Under the pieces are notes generated by a model. It did not search any database, was not told where the DNA came from, and saw nothing but the letters and a program-made list of their open reading frames with translations. This document shows positions 27,651-36,715 of a DNA stretch of 40,406 bases, piece by piece. Where the stretch lies: contig JAAYJM010000195.1 of the NCBI GenBank assembly GCA_012522895.1, forward strand, positions 1 through 40,406. Reading direction: 5' to 3'. Numbering within the stretch: the stretch's first letter is position 1; the number at the start of each line of letters is the position of its first letter. The DNA comes from Ignavibacteria bacterium (lineage in GTDB: Bacteria > Bacteroidota > Ignavibacteria > Kapaibacteriales > UBA2268). Made by a program: the position numbers and the translations under genes.

Positions 27651-30600
27651 ATGAAGTTCAATAATTTACATCAAAGAAGCATCGGCTTGATTTTCGCCCT
27701 TTTATTAGTGGGATTCATTTCGATGCTTACTGAGAATGCATTTAGCCAGAGTCGTCCAAGCATTCCATTGCTAAGCTTAACAGGCGCAGCAGATGGCTGG
27801 AATGATGTCTGGTATCCCGATGGGAGGGTTTGGATTCCACCTTCAAAAGGAAACGAAGTTCGTGAATTCCTTTTGCCGGTTTTTGTAAAAAACCAATGGA
27901 AATCATATCCTCAAACCGCTGATCAATATAAGGCGGATCCAATTCACTCTTTCAAATTTTCTATGCTTTACGATAGCTCTGCTATCAAACCAGTAGATAT
28001 TCAAACTTTCCACCCGGTCAACGACCCCTTGGATCCAAGATTTAGATATGCTCCAGATCCGCTGGCAAAAGATTTTATTGTAGATTGGGAAGTATTTCAC
28101 AACCATAGCTACAGAGAGTTTGTTAACCCTTCTACTCCTTTACAAGATAAGTTAAAAGGGCGCGAAATTGTAATTACAGGTATGTCTTCTAATGCATTAC
28201 CAAATTCTGATGATTACGAGGTGCTTTTATATGTTCGTTTCCAGGTTATTGCGAAAGAAGGTTTGGTTGGAACAGCACGCAAGACTTTGATTTACATTAA
28301 TGCAGATGAAATAATGTATAACGACTTAAACGTTGCGAAATATGCTCCGTTCTTAAATCTTCGTCCCTACAATCCAAACGTAGAATTCGATTTTCCAGAT
28401 CCTACTCCATTTGACCACGTTACTGGATTAGGTGGATTTTCTGGCTTAGCAGGTATAAAAAATAGACCACCCGACCCAACAAATCCACCACCGAACTCAC
28501 AGTGGAACGTTGAGCCGACTTTACCGGGTGTTATTTATATTAACATTACCGATAACCTGCCAAAAATTAATGTTTCTTTGGAAAGAGCTATTGGAACACC
28601 TTCTCCCTTCTCATTATTGCAAGTTGTTCCGGGCGAGCTTTGGCACATGACCGACCCAATCACCGATGATGAGGGGAATATTGAAGCTCCAAGCTATTCA
28701 GGTGATAGAAAAATTAAATTAGCAAACAGCACAACTCGCTCAAGAATTATAGATTTAGAAATTGAATCTGACCAACCCTGGTTGCTTTTCAAAATGGACG
28801 GCATCGTTCCGCCAAGCACTATTTACAATAATTGGTCAACAAAAGGAACTATTTTTAGAATTGATAATAGTATTTTGGGAACAGACCGCGACCCGAATGG
28901 CAGCACTACAAATCTTGATCCAGAAATTTTCCTTAGCATTCGTTGCGATAATACTCAGCTTGCAGCCTTAGAGCAAAAAGCTGGAATTTATGTAGGACAT
29001 ATTACTTTTAGATCTACAACAGCCTCTATTTCACCCGCACGCTTGAGAGTAACATTTATTAACTTTGCTAACCCAGAAGAACCAGAATTGGATCAAGTTT
29101 GGGGAGAGCATCGCGGAATAAAAATTGATGTAAAGAACTCAAGAGGCGCTCATACACACAGAACACAACTTATTTTTGGAACTGGTAAAAGAGCCACAAA
29201 CGGCGTTGATACCCTTTATGGCGAACACGCTCATATAACTCCACCTTCCGGATTTTACGCAAGATGGTTCCCTACAGACGAAACCGTGTTGCAAGATGTT
29301 CCATATGGATTTGGAGACTTTGCTCCTAATGACGAAGAACGCTATTATTTCCCACGCTCACGTGACATTAGAAGCTCCTATGACACCGTTACTTCTATTA
29401 AATATCTTTGCAAGTATTCAGCTGGTAGTTCCGATTATTATCCGGTAATATTAGAATGGAATACAGAAGATTTTCCACCAAATGCACAGCTTTATTTGCG
29501 AGATGCTTTGAACGGTATTAAATTTAACGTTAATATGAGAGAGGCTACAAATATTAGCGGAACAAGGTATTCATATACTTTGAATGACCCGATGGATACT
29601 ACTTTCGTAATTGAGTATACATTGCCAAAAGTTGTTCAATATGTTGATGCAAACAATCAGCCTATTATTAAAAAGGGTTGGAATTTGCTTTCCTTACCTG
29701 TTAAACCTTTGGATTTAAGATATAACAAAGTATATACGCAAGCGGTAAATATTCCTTATTACTTCTCTCAAAATCAATATCAGCAAGCTGAAGAGTTGAA
29801 AGCTGGTGTGGGTTACTTCATCAAGTATAGCGACACCGTGGACACTCGTTTTGCTGGTGCTCATATTATGAATATTTCCCTTGAGCAAGACAATGCAGTT
29901 CGCGTTTATCCTGGTTGGAATACTATTGGAACTTTATCTGTGCCAGTTTCTATTGACCAGATTAGATTTGATGTTATTCCAAACTCAACTTTAAGAGAGC
30001 CACAGACAAGATATACCAAAAAATTTGGTGTTTGGGCTTATAACACAGACAGGGGCTACGAAGAAGTTTCCGGTTTAACTCCAGGTCTTGGCTATTGGAT
30101 TAAAGTTGGTCGCGATGACGAATACCCGGGCCACGGCTATTTGAAAATTGAAAGAGGAACCTCACGTATTTTTGCTAACGATGCACCAAACGAGAGACAA
30201 TCAGTTTTAAGCGATGCCGTTAAATTCAATATCAACGCTCAAAATGCTTCTAATAATTTATATTGGACCTCAAATAATTCAATAGATTTGAATAGCTTTG
30301 AGATGCCACCAGCACCTCCATCTGAATTGTTTGACGTCAGATTTAGCAGCAATAGAAATCTTGAAAATTCAAACGCTACTATTTTATTGCAGGCAGCCGA
30401 TTATCCACTCTCAATTTCTGTTGATAATCCAACAAGGAACTTTAAGCTTTATGACGCTGTTACAAATGAATTCTTTGGTGAAATTAATAATAGCACAAAC
30501 AGTGTAACTATTGCTCAAAGCAAAGCTAATGCAATTAAAGTAGAAGTAGTTCCAAGCTCAACAGAATTTGGTTTGAGCTGCTATCCTAATCCAGTAGCAA

Positions 30601-30821
30601 GCAATTCTACTTTAAGCTTTGTTATCACAGAGAATACTCAGGTTAGCTTAAAGCTTTACGATGCACTTGGAAATGAAGTTTCTGATTTGCTTAATGAATA
30701 CAAAGCCGCTGGCGAGTATAGCATTAATTTGAATGCAAGCACACTCGCAAATGGCAAATATATTTGCAAATTAATTGCTGGACAAAATCAAGCAGTCCAA
30801 ATGATTACTGTTGTTAAATAA
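27651..30821 (+). CDS. Large T9SS-secreted protein with cohesin-like, BACON-like and GWN-repeat regions
   Basis: GGAGGT at 27641 supports ATG 27651 (track start 27630). Signal peptide; LPVFV...SFKFSMLYDSSAI...LLYVRFQV; SDQPWL...GIYVGHITF; KGWNLLSLP/PGWNTIG/PGLGYWIK; CYPNP...LANGKYICKL. Confidence 0.8.
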   Translation: MKFNNLHQRSIGLIFALLLVGFISMLTENAFSQSRPSIPLLSLTGAADGWNDVWYPDGRVWIPPSKGNEVREFLLPVFVKNQWKSYPQTADQYKADPIHSFKFSMLYDSSAIKPVDIQTFHPVNDPLDPRFRYAPDPLAKDFIVDWEVFHNHSYREFVNPSTPLQDKLKGREIVITGMSSNALPNSDDYEVLLYVRFQVIAKEGLVGTARKTLIYINADEIMYNDLNVAKYAPFLNLRPYNPNVEFDFPDPTPFDHVTGLGGFSGLAGIKNRPPDPTNPPPNSQWNVEPTLPGVIYINITDNLPKINVSLERAIGTPSPFSLLQVVPGELWHMTDPITDDEGNIEAPSYSGDRKIKLANSTTRSRIIDLEIESDQPWLLFKMDGIVPPSTIYNNWSTKGTIFRIDNSILGTDRDPNGSTTNLDPEIFLSIRCDNTQLAALEQKAGIYVGHITFRSTTASISPARLRVTFINFANPEEPELDQVWGEHRGIKIDVKNSRGAHTHRTQLIFGTGKRATNGVDTLYGEHAHITPPSGFYARWFPTDETVLQDVPYGFGDFAPNDEERYYFPRSRDIRSSYDTVTSIKYLCKYSAGSSDYYPVILEWNTEDFPPNAQLYLRDALNGIKFNVNMREATNISGTRYSYTLNDPMDTTFVIEYTLPKVVQYVDANNQPIIKKGWNLLSLPVKPLDLRYNKVYTQAVNIPYYFSQNQYQQAEELKAGVGYFIKYSDTVDTRFAGAHIMNISLEQDNAVRVYPGWNTIGTLSVPVSIDQIRFDVIPNSTLREPQTRYTKKFGVWAYNTDRGYEEVSGLTPGLGYWIKVGRDDEYPGHGYLKIERGTSRIFANDAPNERQSVLSDAVKFNINAQNASNNLYWTSNNSIDLNSFEMPPAPPSELFDVRFSSNRNLENSNATILLQAADYPLSISVDNPTRNFKLYDAVTNEFFGEINNSTNSVTIAQSKANAIKVEVVPSSTEFGLSCYPNPVASNSTLSFVITENTQVSLKLYDALGNEVSDLLNEYKAAGEYSINLNASTLANGKYICKLIAGQNQAVQMITVVK

Positions 30822-30842
30822 TTCAGCAATTATATATTAATT

Positions 30843-30875
30843 AAAAAGGGCGATTTTGTATCGCCCTTTTTTTTT
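30843..30875 (+). terminator. Rho-independent terminator closing the four-gene T9SS cluster
   Basis: AAAAAGGGCGAT-TTTGT-ATCGCCC followed by a long T run. Confidence 0.9.
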
Positions 30876-31017
30876 AAAACCTTGAAATATCGGAAATCCC
30901 TTAGATAAATTTGAACAAATATTTGATGGAAACAGACTTTTTTAAAGTATAAAAAAATATAATCAGTTAAAATACGTTTAGATTTGATAAGTATATGCAA
31001 ACAGATCTTAAAAGTAA

Positions 31018-32280
31018 ATGAAAATCATAAAATCTATAATTATAGTTATATTCTTTTTTACACTCTATTCTGCCGAAGCACAAAAGATATTAATTCCTAT
31101 GGACTTTGCCCAGACTGACCATCTAAAATCTTATGGAGTTGCTTATTGGATTTTGGAAAAAGGGCAAACCGTTGATTGGCTTTTAAACTACCGCGGAGGC
31201 TCTTTTATGTGCGATTACAACAATTTAATTGAAGCGGAGTGCAGAGTTCGGGGCGTGTTTTTTGAAAATATTGATGGCCTTACTGCCTCTGGGATATATG
31301 CCCAAGTCCAAAGCGAAGATTATAATATGGATGTAGTTAAGCTTGAAAAAGCTCCAAAAGTAGGGGTTTATGCTCCAAAAAGCATTCTGCCTTGGGATGA
31401 TGCGGTAGTGCTTGCTTTGACTTATGCGGAAATACCACATGATATTTTTTGGGATGACGAGGTTTTAGCTGGCACACTTAACGATTACGATTGGCTTCAT
31501 CTTCACCACGAGGATTTTACTGGGCAATATGGAAAATTTTGGGCATCTTTCCAAAATACGCCTTGGTATATTCAAGATGTTCAGCTAAATGAAAGCAATG
31601 CAAGGAAAAATGGTTTTAGTAAAGTTTCAAAATTAAAACTTGCCGTTGTCTTAAAGATTAAAGAATTTGTTCTCAATGGCGGTTTTTTATTTACAATGTG
31701 CAGCGCAACTGATTCATTCGATGTTGCATTGGCGGCTCAGAATACTGACATTTGCCATGAAGTGTTCGATGGCGATCCAATGGACCCAGATGCTCAAGAA
31801 AAACTTGATTTTTCAGAAACCTTTGCCTTCGAGAATTTTACATTAGTTAAGGATCCTTACACTTACGCCATTTCTTCTATTGATACTGGGCCCACAACTT
31901 TGAGCAACCCTGGTGCTGATTATTTTACCCTATTTGATTTTTCCGCAAAGTGGGATCCCGTTCCTACTATGCTAACTCAATGCCACGTTAATGTTATTCA
32001 GGGCTTTTTGGGCCAAACAACTGCGTTCAGAAAAGAATATATAAAAAAATCGGTAACTATAATGGGAGAGCGCGAAGGGACTGATGAGGTGAAATATATT
32101 CGCGGAAATGTTGGCAAAGGGACTTTCACATTTTACGCCGGGCATGACCCAGAGGACTACCAACATCTCGTTGGAGACCCTCCCACAGACTTAAAACTTC
32201 ACAAAAATTCGCCGGGCTATCGGCTTATTTTGAATAATATACTTTTCCCTGCTGCAAAAAAGAAAAAACAAAAAACATAA
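31018..32280 (+). CDS. Conserved exported FCB protein of unknown function (family often labelled 'asparagine synthetase B' in Bacteroidota)
   Basis: Signal peptide, ILIPMD..Q.DHLK.YG, WLLNYRGGSF, PWDDAV, DWLHLHHEDFTGQYGKF, MCSATDSFD, GHDPEDYQH, SPGYRLILNN. No Ntn glutaminase or PP-loop motif is visible. Confidence 0.8.
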   Translation: MKIIKSIIIVIFFFTLYSAEAQKILIPMDFAQTDHLKSYGVAYWILEKGQTVDWLLNYRGGSFMCDYNNLIEAECRVRGVFFENIDGLTASGIYAQVQSEDYNMDVVKLEKAPKVGVYAPKSILPWDDAVVLALTYAEIPHDIFWDDEVLAGTLNDYDWLHLHHEDFTGQYGKFWASFQNTPWYIQDVQLNESNARKNGFSKVSKLKLAVVLKIKEFVLNGGFLFTMCSATDSFDVALAAQNTDICHEVFDGDPMDPDAQEKLDFSETFAFENFTLVKDPYTYAISSIDTGPTTLSNPGADYFTLFDFSAKWDPVPTMLTQCHVNVIQGFLGQTTAFRKEYIKKSVTIMGEREGTDEVKYIRGNVGKGTFTFYAGHDPEDYQHLVGDPPTDLKLHKNSPGYRLILNNILFPAAKKKKQKT

Positions 32281-32340
32281 TTTTGTTTAATTTCCATATA
32301 TTCTTATTTTTGTTAATTGTTTTTGTATTTATTTAAGAAC

Positions 32341-33162
32341 ATGACAAGAGCATCTTTTTTATTAAAATTTATAGCGATACTGCTTCTAACTTCGAGTTCG
32401 CTTGGGCTGGCGCAAATTAGAATTGATTTTAGCGATGCAGCTTTTCCAAGGGCTAAGAAAGCAAACATTTTTGTTGAGGCGGAAGGGAATTTTGATGCAG
32501 TAAACGAAATAAAAATAGTGCTGAAATATAATTCTTATGTTATTGATATTCTTAAAATTACTGGAAGTGAAAAGCATATTATCGGCTGCTCCGAGCCGGA
32601 TTTAATTAGAAAATTTGATAAAATTGATTCTGCAACAATAGAATTTTCTTGCAATGAAATAAACGCAAAAGCTGGGAAAAGACTTTTTGATATAGAAATC
32701 GAAGGGCTTGCCTCGCCAGATTCCTTGACTTACATTTTTATAGAAAGTATTTATTTTGATGGAAAAAAGCAAGTTCTTGGTTTTCAAAAGAATAGTAAAA
32801 TATTAGTGCAAGGCAGCTCGATTTTCCAGCAAATTGAAGGTATGGGCTTAGCTTACCCAAATCCTTTTTTTGACAAAATATACATACCTTTTGCCCTTTC
32901 TAAAGAATCGAATGTTGATTTTTATATTTATTCTGCAAGTGGAAGCCTTATTTTCGATAAATCTGCTATTGGCAAAGAAATAATTATTAGAAGCGAAAGC
33001 GGAAATGTTTCGGGCAACATAGATTTAAACAAAGCTCTTGAAAAGGGAAGATATATAATTGAGTTTGCTCCAAGGAGCTGGAGTTTTTCAACCGCCCGAT
33101 ATTACTTTTTATTAAAAACGGATAGAGACATATATAGTTCTATACTACTTTATGTAAAATGA
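32341..33162 (+). CDS. Exported protein with cohesin-like domain and T9SS/FlgD-like C-terminus
   Basis: ATG at 32341 (track start TTG 32317). Signal peptide; IKIVLKYNSYVIDI...LFDIEIEGLA...IESIYFDG; AYPNPF...FYIYSASGSLI. Confidence 0.6.
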   Translation: MTRASFLLKFIAILLLTSSSLGLAQIRIDFSDAAFPRAKKANIFVEAEGNFDAVNEIKIVLKYNSYVIDILKITGSEKHIIGCSEPDLIRKFDKIDSATIEFSCNEINAKAGKRLFDIEIEGLASPDSLTYIFIESIYFDGKKQVLGFQKNSKILVQGSSIFQQIEGMGLAYPNPFFDKIYIPFALSKESNVDFYIYSASGSLIFDKSAIGKEIIIRSESGNVSGNIDLNKALEKGRYIIEFAPRSWSFSTARYYFLLKTDRDIYSSILLYVK

Positions 33163-35555
33163 TGAAAAGCAAAGCAAAACATATAAATAAGCCGCTTTTT
33201 AGTAAAACTAACAAACAGTTTGCATGGATTATTCTTATCCTTGTTTTTTGCTTTTCAAGTTTGCTTTCTCAAAAATCTTATGCTTCAAATGATACGAAAA
33301 ACTCGGTGGGTAGAGAATTTTGGATTTGCTTTCAAAAGAATTTTAAAGAATCGAAGCAAAGTTCGTCCCGAGACAGCTTGCAGCTTGAACTTTTTATTTC
33401 TGGCGATAAAGACGCAAGAGTCATCATAGAAATAAAGGGAATTGGCTATAAAAATGTGGTGGATATTAAAAAGGACGAGGTTCTAAACATCCCACTTCCT
33501 AAAGAAGCGCAAGTCCTTAGTAGCGATAAAATTGAGCAACTTGCTGTATATATAAAGTCCGATAACCCAATAACAGTTTATGGCTTAAATAGACGTTTTC
33601 AGACCACAGATTCTTTTCTTTGTTTTCCAATGGAGGTGCTTGGAAAAGAATATCGCGCAATGGCTTATTACGTTTCAGATGGTCTAATGTCTCAATTTGC
33701 TATTGTGGCAACCGAGGACAATACCGATGTTAATATTCTGCCTTCTGTTCACACAAGCAACCATTTAGCGGAACAGCTTTATACGGTTAAGCTAAATAAA
33801 GGCGAGGTTTATCAAGTTGTTGCAAAGAACGACAATACTAATAAATGCGATTTAACTGGCTCAATAATCAAGGCAAATAAGAAAATTGCTGTTTTTAGCG
33901 GGCATCAATGTGCTTATGTTCCGCAAAAAATTCTTGCCTGCAATCATTTAATTGAGCAGATGCCTCCTGTTCCCTCTTGGGGAAAGCACTTTTACATTGG
34001 CAAACTGCAAGGTCGCTCTTTTTATACGTATAGAGTTTTAGCTAACGAGACGGATACTCGAATTTTTGAAGATGATAAACTTGTTGCAACGCTAAAAAAT
34101 GGTGAATTTTACGAAAATAATTCTGATCAAGACATTCAAGTTACAGCAGATAAACCCGTTTTAGTTGCCCAATACTCGCAAGGCTTTAAAAACTCTGATT
34201 CTATTGGCGACCCAATGATGATTATGGTCAGCCCTACACAGCAATTTTTGAAGCATTATCGCTTTGCTACTCCAGTCAACGGGCAATGGCGCCACTATAT
34301 TAATGTTGTTTCACCCACAAACTCTGTTAACACAATTTTGCTGAACGGCAAGCCAGTTGATACCACAAGATTTGAGCTGCTTGGGAAATCGCGCTATTCT
34401 ATTGCCTGCATTGAAGTTCCTTTTGGGACTCATATTATTCAAGGCGCAATGCCTTTTGGTATGTATTCTTATGGCTTTGGTTTTGGACGCGATTCTTATG
34501 ATGCTTATGGAACTATGGCCGGACAATCTTTCGTAGATTATCAGCCAGCTGAAGACGTGCTTGCTCCGATTGGGGAATGCGAAAAAACCGATTCATATAC
34601 CGAGCTTACTTTTTGGGACGATAGAGATGACGACACAGGCATTTTATCAGTAAAAGTGCTTGAAAATGAATATATGATCGCAAGCATTCCAGAGATTAGC
34701 GCCGGAGCTCCAAGAGCTTCTTTCAAGGTTACGCCGCAGTTTAAAGACGCTTCCGGAAGAATTGTTTTTCAGGTTTTGGACATTGCTTTAAATAAATCAG
34801 TTTTCACGCTTTGCTATTTATACGATTTGCCTTTGAATAGATTTATTTTCAAGCTTAGCGAGGGAAATGTTGAAAATTGCTCTTCTGATGGCGGCTGGTA
34901 TGCAGGTGGATTTTTAAAGTTATCTGCAAATATGCACTCTGCTTCATTTTCGTCAAGTGGCAATTTAATTTCAAATGGCAATTTTTCTAATAGTGCTGGC
35001 GTTGGAGGTTTTGCTGGATTATATTTAGGGCGAAGAGTTGGAGGTCCTTACATTCTATCTGCTCGCTTATCACTTGAAAATTATGGAGGAACGATAGAAA
35101 GTCCCGACAGCATCAGCTCGAAAGTTCGCACCGAAACTGGGGAGCTAAAAACTCTCCAAGAAGCAAGAACAGTTACTCTTGACGGCTTGTTTTTAAATCT
35201 CAACTTTGCTTGCGAATACTATTTAAACCCAAGTATTTATCTTCTGGGGGGGCTTAATCTTGGCTTTAGCTTATCCAGTGCGATAAGTGCGGAGCAGACG
35301 ATTCTTTCACCAAGCGATTTTGCATACCAAGGTGATGTTCGCTCTTTTCCATTGAACCTAAAAAATTTAAACTCGATGAACAAACTTAGACTTGGCGCTT
35401 TTGCGGGTCTTGGCTTTACCGTTCCTATTCATCGCAGGTTCAATCTTTTCACCGAAGTCTACTATAATCATTCATTATCAAATATAATTGACGATGGCAC
35501 TTGGAAAATTCACAATCTAAGCTTCCAGCTTGGCGCAAGATTTAGAGTTAGATAA
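33159..35555 (+). CDS. IgGFc-binding-like N-terminal domain fused to a C-terminal outer-membrane beta-barrel
   Basis: GREFWICF, SDNPITVYG, LGKEY, FAIVATEDNT.V, DLTGSII.ANK.IAVFSGHQC, NHLIEQMPP...WGK, GDP.M. Amphipathic strands at the end, finishing FQLGARFRVR. Confidence 0.75.
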   Translation: MMKSKAKHINKPLFSKTNKQFAWIILILVFCFSSLLSQKSYASNDTKNSVGREFWICFQKNFKESKQSSSRDSLQLELFISGDKDARVIIEIKGIGYKNVVDIKKDEVLNIPLPKEAQVLSSDKIEQLAVYIKSDNPITVYGLNRRFQTTDSFLCFPMEVLGKEYRAMAYYVSDGLMSQFAIVATEDNTDVNILPSVHTSNHLAEQLYTVKLNKGEVYQVVAKNDNTNKCDLTGSIIKANKKIAVFSGHQCAYVPQKILACNHLIEQMPPVPSWGKHFYIGKLQGRSFYTYRVLANETDTRIFEDDKLVATLKNGEFYENNSDQDIQVTADKPVLVAQYSQGFKNSDSIGDPMMIMVSPTQQFLKHYRFATPVNGQWRHYINVVSPTNSVNTILLNGKPVDTTRFELLGKSRYSIACIEVPFGTHIIQGAMPFGMYSYGFGFGRDSYDAYGTMAGQSFVDYQPAEDVLAPIGECEKTDSYTELTFWDDRDDDTGILSVKVLENEYMIASIPEISAGAPRASFKVTPQFKDASGRIVFQVLDIALNKSVFTLCYLYDLPLNRFIFKLSEGNVENCSSDGGWYAGGFLKLSANMHSASFSSSGNLISNGNFSNSAGVGGFAGLYLGRRVGGPYILSARLSLENYGGTIESPDSISSKVRTETGELKTLQEARTVTLDGLFLNLNFACEYYLNPSIYLLGGLNLGFSLSSAISAEQTILSPSDFAYQGDVRSFPLNLKNLNSMNKLRLGAFAGLGFTVPIHRRFNLFTEVYYNHSLSNIIDDGTWKIHNLSFQLGARFRVR

Positions 35556-35561
35556 ATTTCC

Positions 35562-36293
35562 CTACTCATCTAACAACTTCAAAAATTCATTTCGCAAATT
35601 TAAGTCGTTTGCAAGATAGCCACGCATAACCGAGCTAACCATAAATGATTTTTCTTCCGAGCCGCGAACCCCGCGAGCTATCATACAATAGTGCTTCGCT
35701 TTAATCACAACGCCAAGTGCTTTGGGACGAATAAGCTCTTCAATGTAGTCCGCAATTTGTTCGCCAAGCTCTTCCTGAATTTGCCCGCGGCGAGCAAACC
35801 AATCTACAATCCTGCTTAGTTTCGACAAGCCAATGACAAAATTACCGGGTATATAACCGATGGCGCAATTGCCAGAAATTGGCTGCCAATGATGAGAACA
35901 AACTGACATTATTTCAATTCCCTTGCTAATAATGAGCTCATCAACTTTTTTTCTATTTGGAAAAACTGTGCTGTTGGGTGGCGGGGCATATCTGCCAGTC
36001 AAAAGCTCATTTACAAACATTTTGGAAAGACGCCTCGCTGTTTTTTCGCTATTGGGGTCGTTTCTCGAAATACGCAAAATATCCATGATTTCCAAAAATT
36101 TTTGCTCAAGCTGTTCAAGCATTTCAGCGCGTTCTTCTTGATTTATCTCGCGGTTATCGTTTGCATCGAAAAGCTCATAACCCATTTGGCTTTTCTGGGG
36201 ATATTTTATTGCAGAAAAGTTGTTTTCAAGGTCTATATTTATTAAATCTGTTTTTTTGTTTAAATTTTTTCTGATGTTTTCATTAATTGCCAT
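35562..36293 (-). CDS. folE: GTP cyclohydrolase I
   Basis: DPNS..TARR..KM, SVCSHH, VIGLSKLSRIV.WFARR.QIQE, H.CM..RGV, LRNEFL. Confidence 0.92.
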   Translation of the reverse strand: MAINENIRKNLNKKTDLINIDLENNFSAIKYPQKSQMGYELFDANDNREINQEERAEMLEQLEQKFLEIMDILRISRNDPNSEKTARRLSKMFVNELLTGRYAPPPNSTVFPNRKKVDELIISKGIEIMSVCSHHWQPISGNCAIGYIPGNFVIGLSKLSRIVDWFARRGQIQEELGEQIADYIEELIRPKALGVVIKAKHYCMIARGVRGSEEKSFMVSSVMRGYLANDLNLRNEFLKLLDE

Positions 36294-36690
36294 AATATTC
36301 TACAAAACTATTATCTGTTTCAAAAATTTTAATTTTATAAAGTTTTCCACTTGGTAATTTATTTTCTAAAATTTGCCAAAAAGCAGTCGCAAGATTTTCA
36401 ATCGAGGGTATTTGATTCTTTAAAAAATCTAGATCCGTATTTAAATTTTTGTGGTCAACTTTTTCAATTATTTCCTTTTCAATAAGGCTTTTAAGTATTT
36501 TTAAATCAATAGCATAACCAGTAAGAGGGTTTATATCTCCGCAAACTGTTACCTCCAATTTATAGTTATGCCCGTGCCCATTTTTATTGCTGCATTTACC
36601 GAATATTTTTTCATTTTCTTCGTCGCTTAGCTCTGGATTGAAAACGCGATGAGAAGCTGAAAAGTTCGTTATTTTTGTTATATAGTGCAT
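36283..36690 (-). CDS. queD: 6-pyruvoyl-tetrahydropterin synthase / QueD family (C-x5-HGH, PTPS-II-like motif)
   Basis: FSASHR, GKCSNKNGHGHNY.LEV, DHKNLN, P(S)IENLA, ETDNSFVEY. Overlaps the folE start. The symbol is family-level only. Confidence 0.85.
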   Translation of the reverse strand: MHYITKITNFSASHRVFNPELSDEENEKIFGKCSNKNGHGHNYKLEVTVCGDINPLTGYAIDLKILKSLIEKEIIEKVDHKNLNTDLDFLKNQIPSIENLATAFWQILENKLPSGKLYKIKIFETDNSFVEYYGN

Positions 36691-36715
36691 TTTTTTTCTA
36701 TTTTTTTTTAAAAGA

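Noticed and set aside
15407-30875. Genomic island integrated at tRNA-Arg
   Set aside because: No integrase, I saw no duplicated tRNA 3' end, there is no obvious compositional break, and the next gene is a housekeeping-like TPR protein.
16350-35555. Interpretation as a cellulosome or polysaccharide utilisation locus
   Set aside because: No recognisable glycoside hydrolase catalytic domains, no SusC/SusD pair and no tandem-cohesin scaffoldin. Lyase activity of the beta-helix cannot be excluded by eye.
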